NCBI GenBank assembly: GCA_965215885.1
Contig: CBDCEW010000091.1
Coordinates: 43,775-107,774, forward strand
Length of the DNA stretch: 64,000 bases
Reading direction: 5' to 3'
Origin: Candidatus Moanibacter sp.
Lineage (GTDB): Bacteria > Verrucomicrobiota > Verrucomicrobiia > Opitutales > UBA2987
Of this stretch, positions 58,943-64,000 are shown one piece after another. The position numbers and the translations under genes are program-made. Below the pieces are notes generated by a model. It was not told the DNA's origin and ran no database searches. It saw only the letters and a list, made by a program, of their open reading frames with translations. The stretch's first letter is position 1, and each line of letters starts with the position of its first letter.

Positions 58943-59358
58943 AAGGGGTCAGGCTTTTTATTCATGTGTTTCATGTTATCGCTAAGAGTTGGATTGGAAT
59001 TCCTCATGCCTCGTTCGGTGCGGGGTCTCTTTCGTTGTGCCATATATCACGAGGTGAACTGTGGCATTGTGCCTCCGGCAACTACTGCCTGAAATAGGTA
59101 CCATCAGGATCTGTTCACGGTACATCTCTCCTGCGTTGCGTTCGAGAAGACGCTCGTCGGAGCCTTTTAAGAGAAAGAACAATTTTTTGAACCGGAGCGA
59201 GCAGCTAATTCGCCACCCGAGAATCCGTGCTTATTCGAAAGAACAATTTTTTGAACCGGAGCGAGCAGCTAATTCGCCACCCGAGAATCCGTGCTTATTC
59301 GGTACGTCGCATGATGCGATTGCTTCAAGTAACACTTAGATAATAAGCCTGTCCCCTT
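58943..59358 (+). mobile_element. Relic of a REP-associated tyrosine transposase locus with 19-bp inverted ends
   Basis: AAGGGGTCAGGCTTTTTAT versus AAGGGGACAGGCTTATTAT (17/19). MPRSVRGLFRCAIYHEVNCG at 59006. Confidence 0.55.
59173..59300. repeat. Exact 64-bp tandem duplication
   Basis: 59173-59236 equals 59237-59300. Confidence 0.95.
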
Positions 59359-59381
59359 ATAGACGCCCTTGTATTCAAAAG

Positions 59382-60434
59382 TCATGATCGCGTGTTCCGG
59401 TTGTGAAGCCGGGTCAAGCCGGCGAGACCCTTGCCCCGCGGTTTGATGGCGCCGGTGGCATTTTCCCAGTTCGTGACGGTGGCGGCGGATACGCCGACGG
59501 CGCGGGAAAATCCGGCCTTGCTCATGCCAAGCCGACGCCGCAGTCCGGCGACCGAGCGAGCGGTCGGCTTGAACGGCGCGGCTTTCCGGGTTCGAGATGT
59601 GCGGCGTTTCGCGCCGCCCTTCTTCCGCTTGGTTTTGCGTGTGGCCGCCCTGCGTTTAGGCGTCACAATGGGCGCAACTTCCGGCGTGTCGTCCAGTTCC
59701 ACACCGAACACGCTCTCAAGGTCTTTGCCGGAAAGGGACCGCCGCCGGGCGCGATGCGATCCGCTGCCGGCAATCGCATCGGCGGTTGCATCGGCAGTAA
59801 TCAATTCCTCGTGGTCAACACCGCGAAGTAAGAAGAGTAACTCCGGCTGGGTGTCCAGGCGGGCTCCGATGCCGTACATGATCGCGGCGATGTGTTTGCA
59901 CATGTCGGCCCAGTCGGGGCAGTCACACGCATACCGGATTTCGCCGGGCAGCGGAAAGAGTCCATGCTCACGGTCGGTAACGGTGCGCATGATTTCCTCG
60001 GACAGCTTTCCCTGCAGCAGTTCAATGAGCGAACCGATCTTGCCCGTGCAGCGTTGCTTCAGCGTGTTCCACTTTTTCTTTTTAAGCGGCGTGATATCGA
60101 CGGTTATGCGATACAGTTCCGATCCGGAAACCATGGCCTCAACCTTTCCCTTCTTGATGCCGAGATGGCAGACCGACCCGTTGCGCACGTAGGTTCGGCC
60201 GCGCGGCAGGCGGTTGCTGTAGTCTCCAAACGATTCCAGGTGCGTACACCAACCCTTGCCCCAAAAGCTGCGGGCGATCGTGCGCCCTTCTATCTCGACT
60301 GGCTGGATATCCTTTCCTTTCCTGCGCAGTTTGCTCATCTCTCGCTTCGCTTGCGAGCGTCGCCGTGCCACCGGCACATAGGGCGTCCACTCATCGTAGT
60401 CGCTGTATCCTCTTCGTCTTCTCATCGCAATCAC
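59382..60434 (-). CDS. SWIM zinc-finger protein with C-terminal HTH
   Basis: NRLPRGRTY, CDCPD...CKH, LFLLRG, basic linker, and LRRRLGMSKAGFSRAVGVSAATVTNWE. Confidence 0.88.
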   Translation of the reverse strand: MIAMRRRRGYSDYDEWTPYVPVARRRSQAKREMSKLRRKGKDIQPVEIEGRTIARSFWGKGWCTHLESFGDYSNRLPRGRTYVRNGSVCHLGIKKGKVEAMVSGSELYRITVDITPLKKKKWNTLKQRCTGKIGSLIELLQGKLSEEIMRTVTDREHGLFPLPGEIRYACDCPDWADMCKHIAAIMYGIGARLDTQPELLFLLRGVDHEELITADATADAIAGSGSHRARRRSLSGKDLESVFGVELDDTPEVAPIVTPKRRAATRKTKRKKGGAKRRTSRTRKAAPFKPTARSVAGLRRRLGMSKAGFSRAVGVSAATVTNWENATGAIKPRGKGLAGLTRLHNRNTRS

Positions 60435-63133
60435 ACCCTCGCACGTTCAATGTCCAGTGAGACCATATCGAGTATTTCGTCGTCACTCATTTCTGTTAAG
60501 GCTTTCTCCGCGCCCCCTTCGAGCAGGGCATCGGCCATATCCTGTTTTTCGCGGATCAGGGCATCGATCTTCTCCTCTATCGTGCCTCGCGTCACAAACT
60601 TGTGGACCAGTACATTGCGCTGCTGACCGATGCGGAACGCGCGATCGGTGGCCTGATTCTCGACGGCGGGGTTCCACCAGCGGTCGAAGTGTATGACATG
60701 CGAGGCCGCCGTCAGGTTCAGTCCCGTGCCGCCGGCCTTAATGGACAGCACAAAGAAGGGGGGACCGTCTTCATGCTGGAAATCCGTCACGAGCAACTTG
60801 CGCTTTTTGACAGCCGTTCCACCATGCAGCACCAGCCCTTCACGACCGAATACCGTGGCCAGAAACTCGGCCAGCGGACCCGCGATTTCGCGAAACTGTG
60901 TGAAGATCAGCGCCTTCTCGCCGCGCGACGCAATTTCGCCGCAGAGCGCTCCCAACCGGTCAAATTTGCCGCTCGCTGCTGGGTCATAAGAGCCATCCCC
61001 CGTAAGTTGACTGGGATGGTTGCAGATCTGTTTGAATCGCATCAGGTAACTGAGGACGAGGCCCCGGCGCTGGATGCCTTTGCCATCGGTTTGGTCGAAG
61101 GCCCTGGTCAGCGCGGTCACACTCTGCTTGTAGAGCACAGCCTGGGGCTTAGCCAGGCCGCAGAAGACCTGCATCTCGGTCTTGTCCGGCAGGTCGGGCG
61201 CAATCTCGGGGTCGGTCTTCATTCGGCGCAAAATGTAGGGCACGACTAGATTGCGAAGGGGGGCGTAGCGTGCGTGTTCCCGGCTCTCCAACGCTTTAAC
61301 GAAAGACTTGAAACGCGAGGCGCTCCCAAGCAGGCCGGGGTTGAGAAAGTCAAAGATGGACCAAAGGTCCCCCAGACGGTTTTCAATGGGCGTCCCCGTC
61401 AAGGCCACACGAGCGTTTCCCTTGAGTTTCTTGACGCCCCGGGTTTGTCGCGCGGACGGGTTCTTGATCGCCTGGGCTTCGTCGAGGATCACCCAATCCC
61501 ATCCGAATGAGAAGAGCCAATCAAGGCGAGAGACCATGCTGTAGGTCGTGATCACGAGGTCCCTACCTCGCAGACTATCCGCCGGGGCAGTCGCCAGCTC
61601 GGACAGCGCCTGTTTGGGTGTTTCGGAGGTGTGCGCGATCAGCAGATTCAAGCTTGGGGCGAAACGGGCCGCTTCAGCCTTCCAGTTGCCGATCAACGAT
61701 GCCGGGACGACCAGCAAGGATGGCGGCGCCGTTTTCCTTGATGCTTGCTGCCTGTGTCGCAGCAATGCGGCGAGGACCTGAATTGTCTTGCCCAGCCCCA
61801 TATCATCAGCCAGGCAGGATCCAACGCCGATCCGTGAGCATAGCCAAAGCCAGTTTAATCCGGCGAGTTGGTAGTCACGGAGCTTTCCGTGAAATCCCGG
61901 TGGGGGCGGCCCTGTCAGTCCATCGGGTGTGCGCAACCCGGTCAGCGTTTCTCGGAGGCTCTCTCCTGCCTCCACGAGGACCCATGACGCATTTTTGTGA
62001 ATCGCCTCGTTTTCTTTCAAATCAGCGGATGCGCCAGCGAGGAGGCGCATACCTTCGATGAAGGAAACACCCTCGGCTCCAACCTGCTGCTCGATCTGCT
62101 GCCAATGCGCCAGCGCTTCGCGCAGTTTCTCGCTGTCCACTTCAACCCATTCGCCCCGCAACAGGACGAGCCCCTGGGTAGTATTCAGAAGCGCCTCCGC
62201 TTCCTCCGCGGACAGTTGCTGATCCCCCAGCGCCAGCGACATATGGAAATCAAGCAGCGCGTCCTTTCCCAGTGCGGCATTCTTTGCGCTGTCCAGGGTT
62301 ACGGTCACGCGTGGCCGCGCCCGTTTGCGCCACCAATTGGGAAGCCGGGCAACAAGCCCACATTCCTCATAGATAGGAATTTCCTGGAGGAACGCATAAG
62401 CCTCTCCAGGTGTCCAGACGAGCGGATGAAAGACGTCGCCGGTTTCTACGAGATCCGCAACCAGATCACTGCGCTTGGCTGCGGCATGTAAAGGCGAGAG
62501 CAATTTCAGCAACTCGGGTTTCTTGCGCGCACCGGCATATTCCTGCAGCGCACGCCCCAACGGAAGACGGCGCACTCGCCCTCCCCGGGTCAGACCGGCG
62601 GCATATGTAGCCATGAAAGCAAACGGGTATTCGGCGTCTCCCTTGTTTTCCGCCAAATGCAACGTCACACGTCCGACGCGGGACCATTGCGGTGCATACG
62701 TTCTTAGAAATGTACTTAATCCCCCGCATTCTTTCGCCTGTGCCACCGTCCAGTCCAACAGGCGTTGCCTCACGTTACGCAGTATTTCGGGGGTCAGATA
62801 TTCCGCCCCCTGCATCGGTGGCGCGTTCAGAACCCCCTCCGCCAACAGGGCTGTGGCGGGCGGCTCGATGGCGTTGTGCGCAAAAGGCTCAGTCTCGGGT
62901 AGATGGCAAAGAGACCGCAAGAAATCCGCCGCAATATCGCGCCAGAACAAAACGGATGCGTTCGCGTGATGGGGCACACTCGCAGCAGCCAAAGCGACCA
63001 GTCCCGCGGCTTCATTTTCTGAAAAACGAGACGCCACACCGCCAGCCCAACGCTCGTTCCCATCGTAGGGCCGCGCCGCCACCACACCTTGTGGCATCAT
63101 CCGCAGTTCAAGCGAATCCATCTCGCCACTCAT
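60431..63133 (-). CDS. SNF2-family helicase/ATPase
   Basis: LADDMGLGKT, DEAQ, TGTPIEN, GLNLT, QATDRAFRIGQ. Confidence 0.95.
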   Translation of the reverse strand: MSGEMDSLELRMMPQGVVAARPYDGNERWAGGVASRFSENEAAGLVALAAASVPHHANASVLFWRDIAADFLRSLCHLPETEPFAHNAIEPPATALLAEGVLNAPPMQGAEYLTPEILRNVRQRLLDWTVAQAKECGGLSTFLRTYAPQWSRVGRVTLHLAENKGDAEYPFAFMATYAAGLTRGGRVRRLPLGRALQEYAGARKKPELLKLLSPLHAAAKRSDLVADLVETGDVFHPLVWTPGEAYAFLQEIPIYEECGLVARLPNWWRKRARPRVTVTLDSAKNAALGKDALLDFHMSLALGDQQLSAEEAEALLNTTQGLVLLRGEWVEVDSEKLREALAHWQQIEQQVGAEGVSFIEGMRLLAGASADLKENEAIHKNASWVLVEAGESLRETLTGLRTPDGLTGPPPPGFHGKLRDYQLAGLNWLWLCSRIGVGSCLADDMGLGKTIQVLAALLRHRQQASRKTAPPSLLVVPASLIGNWKAEAARFAPSLNLLIAHTSETPKQALSELATAPADSLRGRDLVITTYSMVSRLDWLFSFGWDWVILDEAQAIKNPSARQTRGVKKLKGNARVALTGTPIENRLGDLWSIFDFLNPGLLGSASRFKSFVKALESREHARYAPLRNLVVPYILRRMKTDPEIAPDLPDKTEMQVFCGLAKPQAVLYKQSVTALTRAFDQTDGKGIQRRGLVLSYLMRFKQICNHPSQLTGDGSYDPAASGKFDRLGALCGEIASRGEKALIFTQFREIAGPLAEFLATVFGREGLVLHGGTAVKKRKLLVTDFQHEDGPPFFVLSIKAGGTGLNLTAASHVIHFDRWWNPAVENQATDRAFRIGQQRNVLVHKFVTRGTIEEKIDALIREKQDMADALLEGGAEKALTEMSDDEILDMVSLDIERARV

Positions 63134-63338
63134 CTATCTCTACACTGTTCGTTCACACCGATTTCCAGCCGGCTATGCTGCGATGCTCGTTGTAAAGGGC
63201 AATTCTGTCGTCGGTGCTTTTCACGGCATCCGAGAGAACGCATCTTTCCACACTGAGGCAAGACGCGTGATGAACACGCCTTGTAGTGCAACAACGTACG
63301 TGCATTGTCGGGTTGAGAAATCTTGGAACTACCGCCCT

Positions 63339-63660
63339 TCAAAGGGGCGAGCCTGATCCCGCGAAGGGATCCACGAGAAATGCTCTATTGTTTCCGCTTA
63401 TTGTGACAACACGTCTGGGGAATACCAGAGGGAGCTCATTCGCCACTCGCGACTTGGACTTCCTGTGTCGGACGGGACTGAAATCGTGCCACACGAATCC
63501 GTTGTTCACGGTTATCGCAATCCGGTGCCGAAACTGGAGATGCTCTTCCAGATAAGGACTGAGGCGAACGGCCCACTTCGGGATGAGGTACACGTACAGG
63601 GCTCCGCCCTCCTTCAGTATCTCTGCGCAACGGGCAATGACTTGCTCCATGTAGCGGAGT
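63339..63660 (-). pseudogene. Decayed N4/N6 DNA methyltransferase
   Basis: ILKEGGALYV and LVDPFAGSGS. No DPPY motif, internal deletion. Confidence 0.65.
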
Positions 63661-63776
63661 GGTTGATGACTTTGACGGCGATTTCGCCGGTTTCGGGTTT
63701 GCCAAGCTGTGCCAACCAGTGCAATAGTCCACAGGACTATGCAACATGGCGCGGGGAGAGACAAGAGGATTCTCTG

Positions 63777-63971
63777 ATGAGGAATGAGCCTTGGGTTTCG
63801 CTTGATGCCATTGCCCGGCATCTCGATGTGAGCAAGAACACGGTGTATCGTTGGATTGACCAGCGGGAAATGCCGGCTCACAAGGTGGGGCGGCAATGGA
63901 AGTTCAAGATTTCGCAGGTAGATGAGTGGGTACAGGCAGGGAATGCCGCAGTAAGAAACAAGCGTGAGTAA
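63777..63971 (+). CDS. Excisionase-like HTH DNA-binding protein
   Basis: IARHLDVSKNTVYRWI...PAHKVGRQWKF. Dyad ATAGTCC-ACA-GGACTAT at 63724-63740 upstream. Confidence 0.85.
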   Translation: MRNEPWVSLDAIARHLDVSKNTVYRWIDQREMPAHKVGRQWKFKISQVDEWVQAGNAAVRNKRE

Positions 63972-64000
63972 GAAAGTCCAGAAATCAGTTCAGGGAACGC

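Overview
Bacterial chromosomal window, probably Verrucomicrobiota (Opitutales-like TonB receptor N-terminus and GntR/LacI-fold regulators; this is inference). The backbone is a catabolic and uptake region: porin, four FAD-dependent oxidoreductases, two PhyH dioxygenases, sugar ABC transporter, Tat sulfatase, SSS symporter, TonB receptor, Gfo/Idh/MocA, AKR, MDR, nitrilase, amidohydrolase and an ABC exporter pair. It is densely overlaid by mobile DNA: two copies of an IS4-type element, one DUF4372-type IS4, two copies plus a stub of an unclassified 733-aa DDE element, a MITE, several REP-like families and TA modules. The right end holds a SWIM/SNF2 pair and what looks like the start of a defence island. 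The top candidate for a new system is a tandem-domain IS200/IS605-type TnpA whose two halves lost complementary catalytic motifs, embedded among about 15 copies of a 45-nt TTAG-hairpin unit. The second candidate is a HEAT-Zn-nuclease gene bracketed by 29-bp inverted repeats. About ten genes carry single-base frameshifts or one nonsense codon, which may be long-read errors. No rRNA, tRNA or CRISPR array was recognised.
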